From assembly GCA_032718475.1 (NCBI GenBank), contig JAUCBJ010000097.1, forward strand, positions 1 through 64,000: a DNA stretch of 64,000 nucleotides, given 5' to 3'. The translations under genes and the position numbers were made by a program. Shown in pieces: positions 45,871 through 58,120 of the stretch (its first letter is position 1; each line of letters opens with the position of its first letter). Source of the DNA: Nemertoderma westbladi. Lineage: Eukaryota; Animalia; Xenacoelomorpha. Below the pieces are notes generated by a model that was given only the letters and a program-made list of their open reading frames with translations, ran no database searches and was not told where the DNA came from.

Positions 45871-48123
45871 ATAACGGATATAGCTTCTTTATTGCAGTAA
45901 GCAATAAAGTTGAAAGTACCGGTCAACCGGTAAACCTGAACGGTACTTCAGTAGGTCAGTAGGCCCAACCGCCAGAACCGGTACTGCCGTAGGTCAGTAG
46001 GCCCAACTGCCAGAACCGGTACTTCTGTAGGTCCGTAGGCCTAACTGTCCTAACCGGTACTTCCGTATAAGTACACTAGTATTATTCGATTTGATTGTTG
46101 CATACCGGTAGGCTGTTTAAGGGATTAGGGATTGATCACCTCTTATTACTTTATATGGTTTACTTATTTCTGTCAAGTTTTATTTATTTGTAGGCCAGTA
46201 TTGAACAGAAGGCGTGTAAGCCTGATCAGATTGTACAGACAATTTGTAGGCTGAGCTGTTGTCTGATTGTTGTTAAGTCTGAACGGATTGCAGTGTGCGT
46301 AGATCATCTGTCCGATAAAGAACGGTTAGGAAGTAGGGGCAGCGAATGCTGTAAGGTAAACCCACAACTAAAGAATAAGTCGTACTACTGGGTTAGAACG
46401 CATACTACCTAATCATTTCGGAGTCTGCATGTCCTGTAGTTTATTTAGGCTTGAGAGTAGTCTGCCATCGTTTAGTCTGTACTTTGTTTGTGTAAGTCTG
46501 TACGGGTAGCGTATAATATTTATTTAGATAACTTGTAGGCTGAATAGTTGTCTGGCTGTTATTAGGTCTGAACGGATTGCAGTGTGTGTAGATCACCTGT
46601 CCGATAAAGAACGGTTAGGAAGTAGGGGCAGCGAATGCTGTAAGGTAAACCCCCAACTAAAGAATAAGTCGTACTACTGGGTTAGAACGCATACTACCTA
46701 ATCATTTCGGAGTCTGCATGTCCTGTAGTTTATTTAGGCTTGATAGTAGTCTGTCAGTATTTGGTCTACATTTTGTTTGAGTAGTTTGTACGCGTAGCGT
46801 AATATTTATTATTCAGAGTTTATGCGATTATTCGCAACATTCATTCCCCAAGTTTGTTCCTACAGTAATTGTGTTTGTTATACATACCGCTATAGTTAAA
46901 TTAACCCCGGTACTACACGGGCTGCTTGGCGTAGGTAAAGACTGGTGATTTTGTGCATCGGTCACTCCAGCAGATGCCGTGGTTCTTTTAGCTGTTCAAG
47001 TATATTTAACTACAGATTATATGTTATACAAGTACTCGTACCTAATTTAGGGTTTAGTGTACAGTGCTTTCCGAAAGTAATTAGTAGGCATTATATTTGT
47101 GTTGTAAAGTGGTTGATAGGCACGTTCGATTAGCTCTATTAACTTCTAGGTAGGAACACTCCGTGATACATAACGTAGTACCTGTAGCGATACGGCTATA
47201 GGTCGTCAGGCGGTGGTATTTTCCTATCTGGACAACGCAGTGTATTTACTACTACGTATTATTTTCAAATACTGCAGTACCCTGTCCGTTGTAATAACCA
47301 GATTTCTAACCCTTTGTTAGGCTGGTTTGTAGACTTCTTGTAAAATTACCCTGAAAATTCGTATTTTGTGTTTTTGAAAATTTTTGTGTTTATTTAGAGA
47401 TTGTAATCTCACCCGAATTGTACGTAATTTGTAGTATTAAGTAACTTAGGTAAATTAGTATTATTTGTTTTAGTGTCCTATAAGTAACACTTCACTGAAA
47501 GCGCACCGCTTTGTGTAGTGATTACTCCCCAGAAATAATAACATTTATTTCAAACATTGACTAAACCCATTGAACGGGTATATATATATTATAAATCAAA
47601 TCTAACGATTTATAAATAGTAGGCCTACCATACAACCATTAGGTCTCAATATCAGTTGGATTACTGCTCAAATAACGGTAATAAAGTAAGTAAAGTAACC
47701 AAGTAACCTTAAAGTTCAGAAATTCAATTATTCTAAAATAATTGATATACCGGTATTTACGATAGGCCTATTATAATATTTATATTTTGTGCTGAAATCA
47801 TACCGGTATTCTGTAATTAATTCAGTTAATAATTATACTTATATATACACTACAAACTGTCAGCTGTATACCGGTATTCCAGATAGGCCTATTATATATT
47901 TATATATATTTGTGCTAAAATTATACCGGTATTCTGTGATAAACCTAGTCTGTAATAATAGTTATATATACTATAAGCATACCGGTATTCTAATATATTA
48001 TATATATCAAGCTGCACTGAGTAGCAGTACCGGTAATTAATTACTAGGCTAGCAGTTAATACTGAATTACTAGACTTGCTCAGACTGTAATACAGCAGTA
48101 GACATTCAACTGTATACATAAAC

Positions 48124-50844
48124 ATGTCTGATACTAAGCAGAACCTGTCAGACAGTTTATTAGATGTAACTATCTGCGACTCAGATAGAGGCGTAGAACC
48201 GTCTAGTCGTAAGTTCAGTTCACCTCCCACTGTGAGGAAAGTCATCCCTCCAGTAGTAATAAAAGAACCTAGGCTGGTTCAACATCGTAGGTCTATCATA
48301 GGCACTCGAGCTCAGGTCAAACGGGACCAAGAAGCAGCGGAACAGCAACAACCCGCGAGCCAAGAACTTACTTCTCAACGGCCCGATAGCTCCAGTAGTG
48401 AAGATACGGTAGAACTGACACCCGAACGCGGAGCAAGGATGATGGATGAGGCTTATTCAGATCCCCTTCTCATCCTTCCTGCAGCCGTACTCACTAGGTT
48501 ATTGATCGCTGTGGAAGAACACCAGATCGATTGGGCGAGAAGCCAGCGTTCAACTAGAGATAGTTATGCGGGATACACGAGTGAAGAACTGAAGTCTATT
48601 GTCGAGTCGCAATGGAACTTCCCCGGACCCGGACTCCCGTTTGATTTATCAGAAGCTGCCTGGGAAGACATACACCGGATGGGAGTAGCCAAAGAAACCA
48701 TAGATCCCGCTGTGTGGAAGAGGTCCGCAGCCGGATACGCACAGGGATTCTTCAGCTCTATAGAGCGATTAAAAGAACAACTGTTTCATCAACCTCAAGG
48801 ACCTCAAGAGCAGGGATTGCTGCTTTATCAAGTTAGAGAAAGAATTCTACGAATCAGGCTAATCTTATCGGCCTTTGAGGAGGCTTCTAAACGAAGACAA
48901 GACACGTCGTTGCAAGTCGCCGTAAAGACTTGGTTTCAAAGGGTGAATCTCCAGGTTCAAGGAACAGCTCAGTGGAAAGCTCAGCTAGAGGAGCGATCAA
49001 CCCATGGAGAATCAACAGACGCTACTTTTTCCCAAGTGGAAAGTGAAGCGACGGCAGAGAAACCGCATAAGAGGGATGCCATTGATATCTATCTGTCAGA
49101 CTATCAACGTTTTTTAGGTGATGACGAGTTGAGGAGAAGGTTAGAGGGGCTTACCCCTAATAGTGAAGGAACCAAGCTTGTGCTGGATGCCATCGATGTG
49201 GAAATGAGAGCTGCGAACCAGGCTAAATTTGATGAACAACTCCGCATCACACGAGTCCAGGAGGAGCAAATCAAGAAAAAACGTATAGAAGACAGAAAGA
49301 CAGTGGCAGTGACAGCAGCAGTGGCAGCGGCAGAAGCAGAAAGAAAAGCGGCAGTGGCAGCGGCAGAGGCAGAGGCAGAAGCCGAAAGAAAGGCGGCAGA
49401 GGCAGAGGCAGAAGCCGAAAGAAAAGTGGCAGCGGCAGCAGCCGAAGCAGAAAGAAAGGCGGCTGTAACAGCGGTCGAGGCAGTAGCAGAAGCAGAACGG
49501 AGAGCTTCCGAAGAAACCACCCAATTAGAATTGGAAAACATTCAGGAGAATCAAGACTGCATAAATAAACAGTTAACAGCTAGTAATATGCAGATGATGA
49601 ATCAATCTACTCCCAAAAGACAGGGATATACATCATCTGAGGAAGGCGATACCACCGATACTGAAGGCAAAGGAAATAGATCTCGTCTAAGCAGACGTAA
49701 AAGAACATTCCACTGTCAGAAATTGCCTGATTTGCCTCCAGCTGTTAGAAGGCAACTAAATAACACCAACTTAGGTAGTACAGAGCCCACAGACCAAATA
49801 ATTAAAATAGAAAGACTCCCTACTATAGTAGATGAGCCTGAAATAATTAGGCCTGTTCTTGAAATCACCCCTTCGGTGATAGACACACCTTTGCTCCCTG
49901 AAACTACCTCTAAATTCCCTCTGCATAGCACTAAGCTACCTGTGCCCCGTAGAACTGCCCAGGGGACAGTTCAGGTCCTGGACCCCGAGCGAAATATTCA
50001 TAATTTGTCGCCCGTTGTCCCTCGTCCGCCCGCTACAACGTTGGCGACTCCCGCTTCGGCGGTCGAATGGGTGGACGAGAGACGGCGGGGGATGGATATC
50101 CTGCTCGGGCAGATGCAGGAGACTGTCCAGCAATTCAAGGGCACAGTAAGGGAAAGTAGGCTAGAGTTGCAAGAAGTGCAGCAAAGTATCGCGCTAGAAC
50201 GCGATAAATTAGTAAATACTCAAAAGGGTATACTGCCACCCTCTGTAACAATGTGTCAACCTGTTAGGTCTGAAGTATCTCATGCGCAAGGTGTGGAGCC
50301 TACACGCATATATACTGCTAGCGAAGTAGAAACTCCTATAGTGAACCCTATTAAGGGTAATTATAGACCTGTTGATAATGACATTCCCTGCAGAACTGAT
50401 CATAATCCGAGAAATTTATATACCGATAACTCGATATTAAATAACACGATGGCCCAAGAAAGTTTTACGCGTCAAATGGCTAGAACCGAAGCCCGGCAAG
50501 CGGTAAAGGTGGGAGAGATCGTCAAGTTCAATGGAGATGAGATGAAATGGTTACCTTTTAATGTATATTACAAAGATAACATACAGAACTCTGTACTATC
50601 TAATGGAGAAAAACTTAGATACCTCATCGAGTGCTTGGAAGGATCTCCCAAGTTAATGGCGTTAAAGTTTATTGGACATCCAGACGGATTAAGACAAGTT
50701 TGGGACACACTAAACATCAGGTATGGTAATAGGAATAATATCGCTAAGTATTTATATGCAAAATTAGTAGCGCCCAGAAAGTTCATCAGCAGTGGGATAA
50801 TAGAGTTTTCCGATGAGATTCAAGAGATCTGTAGACAATTAGAT
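48124..50844 (+). pseudogene. BEL-2 gag N-terminal part, interrupted by Gypsy
   Basis: Collinear with the element 1 ORF; breaks at QLD|WLGK; the last ~39 aa of the listed ORF are read from the Gypsy LTR. Confidence 0.92.
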
Positions 50845-52052
50845 TGTGGAAGCGCTATCGGCGCCCGGTCCCGGATCCACGGCCACGCACTATCCCGCTC
50901 GAGGGGTGAGCTGGAGAAGACTGAAGTGAAACTAGCTGCAGTATATCAGTATATTGTGTATTGAGTTGAGATACATGAATAACAAATAATGATATGATAC
51001 AATCAGACAATGAAACTAATAACGAACTACCTACAAAACATGACTGACAACCCTACACCGGTAAGTCATCTCAATAACTAAACTGAATGATAACTGCTGA
51101 CTGCGCCCTGCCCCCAGGACTATATCCCTGACAGCTACCGTACAACCAGCTGTTCTGTTCACACCCTAGGATACTACTATATCATACCTACTTAACCTAT
51201 ACAATACATACTAATCAGTCCAATAATACACCATCCCATAATACAATATCACATCCCCCCTTCTTAAAAAAAAAACTCGCCCACGAGTTTCTAGAACGCA
51301 CAAACTACAAACCCCAAGTCTAATGACTACATCGACAAGTAAAGTCTACCTCAACGGCAGTATAGATACTGTATATGAAGCACGATACCAACAATACATT
51401 CAACTAGCCTAAGGCCAATAATATCTAAATCGAAATTTCGTACTGCATGTATCGTAAGCCAGTATGACTAAAGAATAACACGTACAACTCAATGAGTAAC
51501 CAAATAACACTATATCAAGCATAATTGCAATCTATAAATCGCACCACCGTAAGTAACCGACCATAGTACAATCCATAAAATGTGTCACTGCCACAATAAA
51601 TCAAGGCTATATAAGTAAATAATTAATATGTGTATCTATCACATGAAAATGTATCCATACAGTATCTATCATAAACATGTATCCATCCATACAGTATCTA
51701 TCTATCCGTATCTTATGTAATAATAATACGTAATGACGTAACAAAAATATACAAAAAAATATATATGTTGGAGTTATGTACATAAGGTAAATAATAATAC
51801 ATACAGAATAGAGAATACTCTACAAAAGGTACATAACTGAGGCACAAAATATCTCGTGGGCGAATAACGGGTGAGAGCCGAGCAATGGAACGGAATTAAA
51901 AAAAATCACAATATCTAAATAATTCAGGATAACAATTTTTTTTTCCAAACAAAAGTTATTCATTGTTAATAAATGCAATTTATCTATGTAGCCATGGTAA
52001 CCAGCAAACAGTCAAGTCACATCGACTACGTCTCTATAATTTGCGTCAACGG

Positions 52053-55000
52053 TCAACAGTCGCTATCGTCACCGTCGTAGACGTCCGCACTGTCGTTCCC
52101 CCTACCTGTATCATCTCCCGTGGAGTTACTTTCTTCCCTATAGTATGGCTTTAAGTCCTTCACATTTACAATAATAAGTCGAGAACGTGGATTTGGTTTT
52201 CCCGATTTTCCCAACAGTTTAATGGCATAACTTGATTTACCAACCTGATCAACAATAGCATAAGGACCCCTAAACCTGAAGCTCAGCTTCGTATTCTTAC
52301 CTTTGGTCGTCCTATCATAGTATAATACAGACTGCCCCTTAGTGTAGGTTCGAATGTTACTGCGTTGGCGCTTCCCCAGCTTACCATCGTGGTATTGTTT
52401 CTGTTTCACCTGTGTAAGCCTAAGAGCTTCCCTGGCTATCCCATGGGCCCGCTCCAAACGAAACCTTAATTCGTCTGCGAATGTTGCTTCATCTGCTAGC
52501 AAGCTGTACGGCCGGGCTATCTGCGTGTCTACTTGAGTTGTCGCCTGTCGCCCATACATTAAAGAGAAAGGAGTTTCCTTAAGTGTACTCTGAATCGAAG
52601 TATTATAATTAAACGCAACAGCGGGAATAAACTCGTCCCAATTATGCGGGTTGGTAGCTGTCAACGATAACATGTTTACAGCTAACTGGTTAATGCGTTC
52701 TGTAAGACCATTGCAAGCTGGGTGGTATACCGACGTAAATACGGAAACAATACCAAACATTGCAGTTAATTCCTTGAATAAATTAGACGTGAAATTACTA
52801 CTCCTATCGCTTAATAAACTCTCGGGGGCGCCGTATATAAGAAAAATACCATCCACTAAAGCCCTGGCAACGGTAGCGGCTTCTTCATTTGGTAACGGGA
52901 GGAGGGAAGCGTAACGAGTAAGATGATCAACTACTGTAAGGATAACCTTGTTACCTTTAGATGACGTCTGGAAGCCTTTAACGATATCAATTGAAAGGCG
53001 TTGCAAGACACGTTCAACGACTGGGAGAGGTGACAGTGGTTGGGTCTGAGGGACGCCCTTCCTACGCTGGCATGGGTCACATTCACGAATGTGCTGCTTA
53101 ACATTATCCTTTATACCTACCCAATAATACTTCATATGGATAGCACCTACCGTTTTATCAATACCCATGTGAGGCTTTTCATCGTGACACATGGATATAA
53201 TTTGTTGCCTTAGTAACTTAGGAACTACAATCTGTACCTTCGATTTACCGTTACTTGTTGATAAATGGCAGAGTATATTGTCAACCATAACATATTGTGC
53301 TCTAAATTTGAGCATGTAACGATACTCGTGTAGCGATTTGCGCACATCGGCATCGGCTATTGTAACAGCTGTGTCCAGTAATGTATCAATCATAGGCTGT
53401 AAGTTATTGTCTTCTGATTGTAACTTACGCAAGGCAGTCAATGTGCAGTACTGTTGGCCGCCCGGAAGTGTCCAATTATTATTATTGTCATTATTGATAA
53501 TGTATGTGACGTCACTATCGTGGTTGGGTCTGTCTGGGGAACTTAGAATGTCACATGGATTAGGTTTTGGCGGCTGCACGCCATTGTCTAGGTCCACCTC
53601 AACAGCGTTTGGTCTATCGCTATCATTATGTAGGTCTAAATTGGCTAGTCCTATCAAGCAATAATTATCTGACGAGACTGGGTCATTATGCATAGGGGGA
53701 AGTAACGTATCCATGGCAACCGGTTCATTAGAAACGGTTTCGTCTCGTTGGTTGCCAGGGGTTACCTGTAATGGTATTCTAGAAAGACAATCAGCGCGGT
53801 TAAGTCGGCCTGGCCTGTAAACAAAATTGAAATTAAATTCAGACAATTTAACGGCCCATCGCTGCAAACGCCCTGGAAGTTCGAGTTTGGTCTGTAAACA
53901 ACTGAGTGGTTTATGATCCGAAACTAACGTAAATGCGCGGCCAATGAGGTAAAACCTGTGTTTCTGCATTGCCCAGACCACGGCTAAAGCCTCTAGCTCC
54001 GTAATGGACCACTTTCTCTCAGCGTTGCTTAGCGACCTCGATGAGTAAGCGATTACGCCCGAATCCTGATATAAAACAGCTCCTAAAGCTATACCGCTAG
54101 CGTCAGTCTCTAAGTAAAACGGCTGGTCGAAATCAGGGTGTTCTAGAATAGGGTTATTAATTAGGCGTTTCTTAAGGAATGTAAAAGCCTGCTCACAATC
54201 GCTTGTCCATACGAACTCTTGGTTTTTCCTTAACAACACGTTCAAGGGAGCTACAATCTTACCATAATCCTTAATAAATTTCCTATAGTAACCACATAAT
54301 CCTAGGAAGCTATAAAGTTGCTTTGCATTGGCCGGTCGCGGAAAATCAACCATGGCTTGGACCTTATCCTTGTCCATATGCTGCCCTGAGCTATCTATCA
54401 CATGGCCTAGGAATTTTACAGATGTCGCCCCGAACATGCACTTACTTGGTTTGAGCTTCAAGCCGAGATCGATAATTCTACGTAATAGAATGATAATAGT
54501 ACTTACGTGGGTGTCCCATTCCCGGGTATACAGTATGACGTCATCGAGATAAACGAGAACGTACTCGATACCATGCAACGCTAATTGCATAAGATTCTGG
54601 CAGCCAGAAGGGCTGGACTGGAGGCCAAAGGGCATTCTAACAAATTCGTAATGGCCACTATGTGTTACGAAAGCGGTTTTATGTGTATCTTCAGCGGCTA
54701 AGGGTACCTGCCAAAACATCGATTTAAAATCGAGTGTCGTAAAATATTTGGGCCGTGCTGTGCCAATTTCCGACAACATTTCGTCTATGCGCGGCAAAGG
54801 CCAAAATTGTGGCACAGCCGCAGCGTTAAGGCGGCGAAGATCAACGCAAAACCGCCACTTACCATCTTTTTTTTTACTTAATATTATTGGTGCCCCCCAC
54901 TCACTGTTGCTAGGTTGAATAACACCTGCGGCTAACATATTGCCTACCTGTTTGTCAATCTCTTTCCTAAGCCCCATAGGTACTGTACGTGGTCTCGTGT

Positions 55001-57521
55001 AAAAGGGCTTAGCCTCTGGTTTAAGTGGGATTCTATGTTCTAATAGGTCAGTCTTACCTATATCGCAATCTCCAAAGGAAAACGCCGCAGCATGTTTAGT
55101 AGCAATATCTATTAACTGGGTCCTCTGCTGAGGCTCCAAATGATCTAACGGTAATTCCTTAGCTAGATACTCCCTTTGTATGTCGCGCTCTACCGAGTCT
55201 TGTTTAACTTCTTTATTGAAGCTATCATTATCTACTGTACAATATAATGCAATTTTCTGATTGCGATATATTGTAACCGGGTAGTTATTCGGATTTAATA
55301 ACTGCACTGGGACCTTACCTGATCCGTCCAATGGGTTAGAAACTACACTTCGCGCAGTTAGATACGAACCCCTTGATTTTACTAACGGCTCTATCATTAC
55401 CGACTCTGCTAATAATCCATTATCATACAATTTCCCTGCCAGTCTCACCTGTGTCCCTGCTGGGATCGTAGTCTTATCTATCGCAGAAACAAAACAACAA
55501 AAAGGGTTTGTACTCTTACCGTTACCAGCGTTGCTGGGCGTGTTTAACCTCGCAAAGTACACTCTTTCCTGGTTGGTTAGAACCAAACACCTGTCTAGAA
55601 AATCTATGGACGCACAAGCAATACTTACGAAATCTAACCCTAACAGAAACGGGGGAATCCCAACACAAGATAAGTCTGCTACGTGGACCTCGAGGGAAAC
55701 CGAAAAATTGCTTGTAACTGATATTTGTAAAGTAGCCAATCCCATAGGTTTAACCTGTCCCCCTATACCGCTAATAGGTGGTAAATCAAGGGCACGCAAC
55801 TGCACACCGGATGGGAGTTTCCTAACATCTATCAGGGAATAATGTGAGCCACTATCTAAAAATGCTTCACCATCCTCGTTTTCGATTCTTACTGGAAAAT
55901 GCATGTCTAGTTTATTGGACACTACAGCTGTGTACATTGAAGCTGGATTGGGATTTAAATCCCGGTTTGTGTTAGGATTGGGATTAGGGTTAAAATTAGG
56001 GTTAGGGTTGTAAGTAGGGTTAGGGTTGTAATTCGGGTTAGAGTATTGCCTGTTAGGATTTGAGTTGATATTCGTACGTGGTCTAGTGCAATTTCGGCTA
56101 TAATGTCCCGGTTCCCCACAGTTGTAGCAAGTAACCGAACTGTTGCTACTGTAGTTATTAGATCGGGGTGTAAACCCTCTGTTACTGCTGTCCCGTGAGT
56201 TGCCCGTACCGCTAGTACCAGTCCACCTTGCGTTGGGGTCAAACCAGTTATTCTGTCCCCGACCGTGATTATCGCGGCTATAATTGTTATTGTAATTGGC
56301 GCGTGGGTAGCTACTGGTATTTGGTGTCTGATTGGACAGTTTCAGTTGTAAGTCCTTCAGTTGTCTTTCTAGATAACTCATATCAGTCTGTTTTGGGGAC
56401 TGTTCTGAAAAACTAACCTTGCTGTATGAAGTTTGTCTGGGACTGGGAGGCGGTTCCCTGGGCCTATTACTCTGGTCCCTACGATCGCCCAATTCACAGC
56501 CAAATATACCATTATTTTCCTGTCTTAAATAAAGTTCCTCGCGCCTAGCACGGTGAACTGCCTCCCCAAAATTGCGCGGTTCTGTTAACCGTATACTTCT
56601 CGCTAATTCAGGGGAAATCCCTCTATAAAATATTGGCAAAAGTAAAAGTTCCCGTTGCTCAGTGCTCATTCCCGGAAAAGCTTGTACCCCTAAACTAGTT
56701 ATAATATCGGAAAATTCAGAAATAGTTTCCCCCACCTTCTGTTTACGATCTAGTAATTCATTGTACACAAAACTAGTATCCTGGGGGCAAAAACGGGCAC
56801 GTAAAATATCACGAATTGCATCATAGTTTTCCTGTTCATGTTCAGCCAGTTCATCAAGGACACGTGCAGCCCTACCGGTTAAATAAACAGGCACAATCTT
56901 ACCGAGAGCGTCGTTCTTCCACCCCCTGAGTCTGGCGATCCGTTGCACCGATCTGTTCCATGCCTCGAAATCACCAGAACCATCAAAGCAGTCCGGTTCC
57001 TTGCGGATGCTTTCCATAGTCGGATCTCGTTGTCGAGTAGTCGACGGAGCAACTGTTGGAGAATCCCGTCGTCGAGTAGTCGGCGAAGCAACCGTTGGAG
57101 AATCTCGTCGTCGAGTAGTCGGCGGAGCAACTGTTGGAGAATCTCGTCGTCGAGTAGTCGGCGGAGCAACCGTCAGAGAATCCCGTCGTCTAGTTGTCGG
57201 CGGAGCAACCGTCAGAGAATCCCGTCGTCTAGTAGTCGGCGGAGCAACCGTCAGAGAATCACGTCGTCGAGTAGTCGGCGGCCCTGAAATTGATCGGTTC
57301 AAGGATCCCCGTTGCCGTCGCGATCCGTGTAACGAGGGCGAGAGAGAACTACGACGCAACTTTGAAACAGCTCCCGATGACTTGTAGAGGAACGAATGTT
57401 CGTCCGTGCTGTCTGGATGAGGAGAACCAGAAGCGGAACGCAGTTGCTGCCGATAGGAAGGCTTACCCGTGGGAAAGTTAACGCTTCCAGCTTGTTTGCG
57501 CTCGGGTCGACGCGCAGGCAT
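52053..57521 (-). CDS. Gypsy single-ORF Gag-Pol (1822 aa)
   Basis: CYNCGEPGHYSRNC knuckle; FLDSGS protease; RT (WRFCVDLRRLN, MPFGL, YLDD); RNase H (ETDASG, SDHKPL); HHCC + DDE integrase; GPY motif. Confidence 0.96.
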   Translation of the reverse strand: MPARRPERKQAGSVNFPTGKPSYRQQLRSASGSPHPDSTDEHSFLYKSSGAVSKLRRSSLSPSLHGSRRQRGSLNRSISGPPTTRRRDSLTVAPPTTRRRDSLTVAPPTTRRRDSLTVAPPTTRRRDSPTVAPPTTRRRDSPTVASPTTRRRDSPTVAPSTTRQRDPTMESIRKEPDCFDGSGDFEAWNRSVQRIARLRGWKNDALGKIVPVYLTGRAARVLDELAEHEQENYDAIRDILRARFCPQDTSFVYNELLDRKQKVGETISEFSDIITSLGVQAFPGMSTEQRELLLLPIFYRGISPELARSIRLTEPRNFGEAVHRARREELYLRQENNGIFGCELGDRRDQSNRPREPPPSPRQTSYSKVSFSEQSPKQTDMSYLERQLKDLQLKLSNQTPNTSSYPRANYNNNYSRDNHGRGQNNWFDPNARWTGTSGTGNSRDSSNRGFTPRSNNYSSNSSVTCYNCGEPGHYSRNCTRPRTNINSNPNRQYSNPNYNPNPTYNPNPNFNPNPNPNTNRDLNPNPASMYTAVVSNKLDMHFPVRIENEDGEAFLDSGSHYSLIDVRKLPSGVQLRALDLPPISGIGGQVKPMGLATLQISVTSNFSVSLEVHVADLSCVGIPPFLLGLDFVSIACASIDFLDRCLVLTNQERVYFARLNTPSNAGNGKSTNPFCCFVSAIDKTTIPAGTQVRLAGKLYDNGLLAESVMIEPLVKSRGSYLTARSVVSNPLDGSGKVPVQLLNPNNYPVTIYRNQKIALYCTVDNDSFNKEVKQDSVERDIQREYLAKELPLDHLEPQQRTQLIDIATKHAAAFSFGDCDIGKTDLLEHRIPLKPEAKPFYTRPRTVPMGLRKEIDKQVGNMLAAGVIQPSNSEWGAPIILSKKKDGKWRFCVDLRRLNAAAVPQFWPLPRIDEMLSEIGTARPKYFTTLDFKSMFWQVPLAAEDTHKTAFVTHSGHYEFVRMPFGLQSSPSGCQNLMQLALHGIEYVLVYLDDVILYTREWDTHVSTIIILLRRIIDLGLKLKPSKCMFGATSVKFLGHVIDSSGQHMDKDKVQAMVDFPRPANAKQLYSFLGLCGYYRKFIKDYGKIVAPLNVLLRKNQEFVWTSDCEQAFTFLKKRLINNPILEHPDFDQPFYLETDASGIALGAVLYQDSGVIAYSSRSLSNAERKWSITELEALAVVWAMQKHRFYLIGRAFTLVSDHKPLSCLQTKLELPGRLQRWAVKLSEFNFNFVYRPGRLNRADCLSRIPLQVTPGNQRDETVSNEPVAMDTLLPPMHNDPVSSDNYCLIGLANLDLHNDSDRPNAVEVDLDNGVQPPKPNPCDILSSPDRPNHDSDVTYIINNDNNNNWTLPGGQQYCTLTALRKLQSEDNNLQPMIDTLLDTAVTIADADVRKSLHEYRYMLKFRAQYVMVDNILCHLSTSNGKSKVQIVVPKLLRQQIISMCHDEKPHMGIDKTVGAIHMKYYWVGIKDNVKQHIRECDPCQRRKGVPQTQPLSPLPVVERVLQRLSIDIVKGFQTSSKGNKVILTVVDHLTRYASLLPLPNEEAATVARALVDGIFLIYGAPESLLSDRSSNFTSNLFKELTAMFGIVSVFTSVYHPACNGLTERINQLAVNMLSLTATNPHNWDEFIPAVAFNYNTSIQSTLKETPFSLMYGRQATTQVDTQIARPYSLLADEATFADELRFRLERAHGIAREALRLTQVKQKQYHDGKLGKRQRSNIRTYTKGQSVLYYDRTTKGKNTKLSFRFRGPYAIVDQVGKSSYAIKLLGKSGKPNPRSRLIIVNVKDLKPYYREESNSTGDDTGRGNDSADVYDGDDSDC
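57040..57282 (-). repeat. 39-bp coding tandem repeat (~6.5 copies) in Gypsy gag N-terminus
   Basis: Encodes (PPTTRRRDS[L/P]TVA)n. Confidence 0.9.
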
Positions 57522-57691
57522 ACAGTGGAATAATCGTCAGAGACCCGCCACCCACAGTCTGACTGCCTGATGCAGTGATGGGTACGGTAGTTGGTCGTGG
57601 TAGCGATAGCCTGGTAGGCCAGACAGAGTTAGAGTACCTGTTGCCGGTAGCAGGTAGCGCGGTAGGCCTGTCAGACTGTCAGTTTCTCTTC

Positions 57692-57708
57692 TCCCGGACA
57701 AGCCCCCA
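57692..57708 (-). promoter_or_regulatory. Gypsy primer-binding site, tRNA-Pro
   Basis: TGGGGGCTTGTCCGGGA directly after the 5' LTR; one mismatch to the canonical Pro PBS TGGGGGCTCGTCCGGGA. Confidence 0.88.
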
Positions 57709-58120
57709 TGTGGAAGCGCTATCGGCGCCCGGTCCCGGATCCACGGCCACGCACTATCCCGCTCGAGGGGTGAGCTGGAGAAGACTGAAGTGAAACTAGC
57801 TGCAGTATATCAGTATATTGTGTATTGAGTTGAGATACATGAATAACAAATAATGATATGATACAATCAGACAATGAAACTAATAACGAACTACCTACAA
57901 AACATGACTGACAACCCTACACCGGTAAGTCATCTCAATAACTAAACTGAATGATAACTGCTGACTGCGCCCTGCCCCCAGGACTATATCCCTGACAGCT
58001 ACCGTACAACCAGCTGTTCTGTTCACACCCTAGGATACTACTATATCATACCTACTTAACCTATACAATACATACTAATCAGTCCAATAATACACCATCC
58101 CATAATACAATATCACAGAT

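Larger units (their letters stand above)
50845..58117 (-). mobile_element. Intact Ty3/Gypsy LTR retrotransposon nested in BEL-2 gag
   Basis: Two 409-bp LTRs, identical by eye (50845-51253, 57709-58117), TG...CA; PBS TGGGGGCTTGTCCGGGA (tRNA-Pro type); PPT aagaagggggga; duplicated target GAT. Confidence 0.96.
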
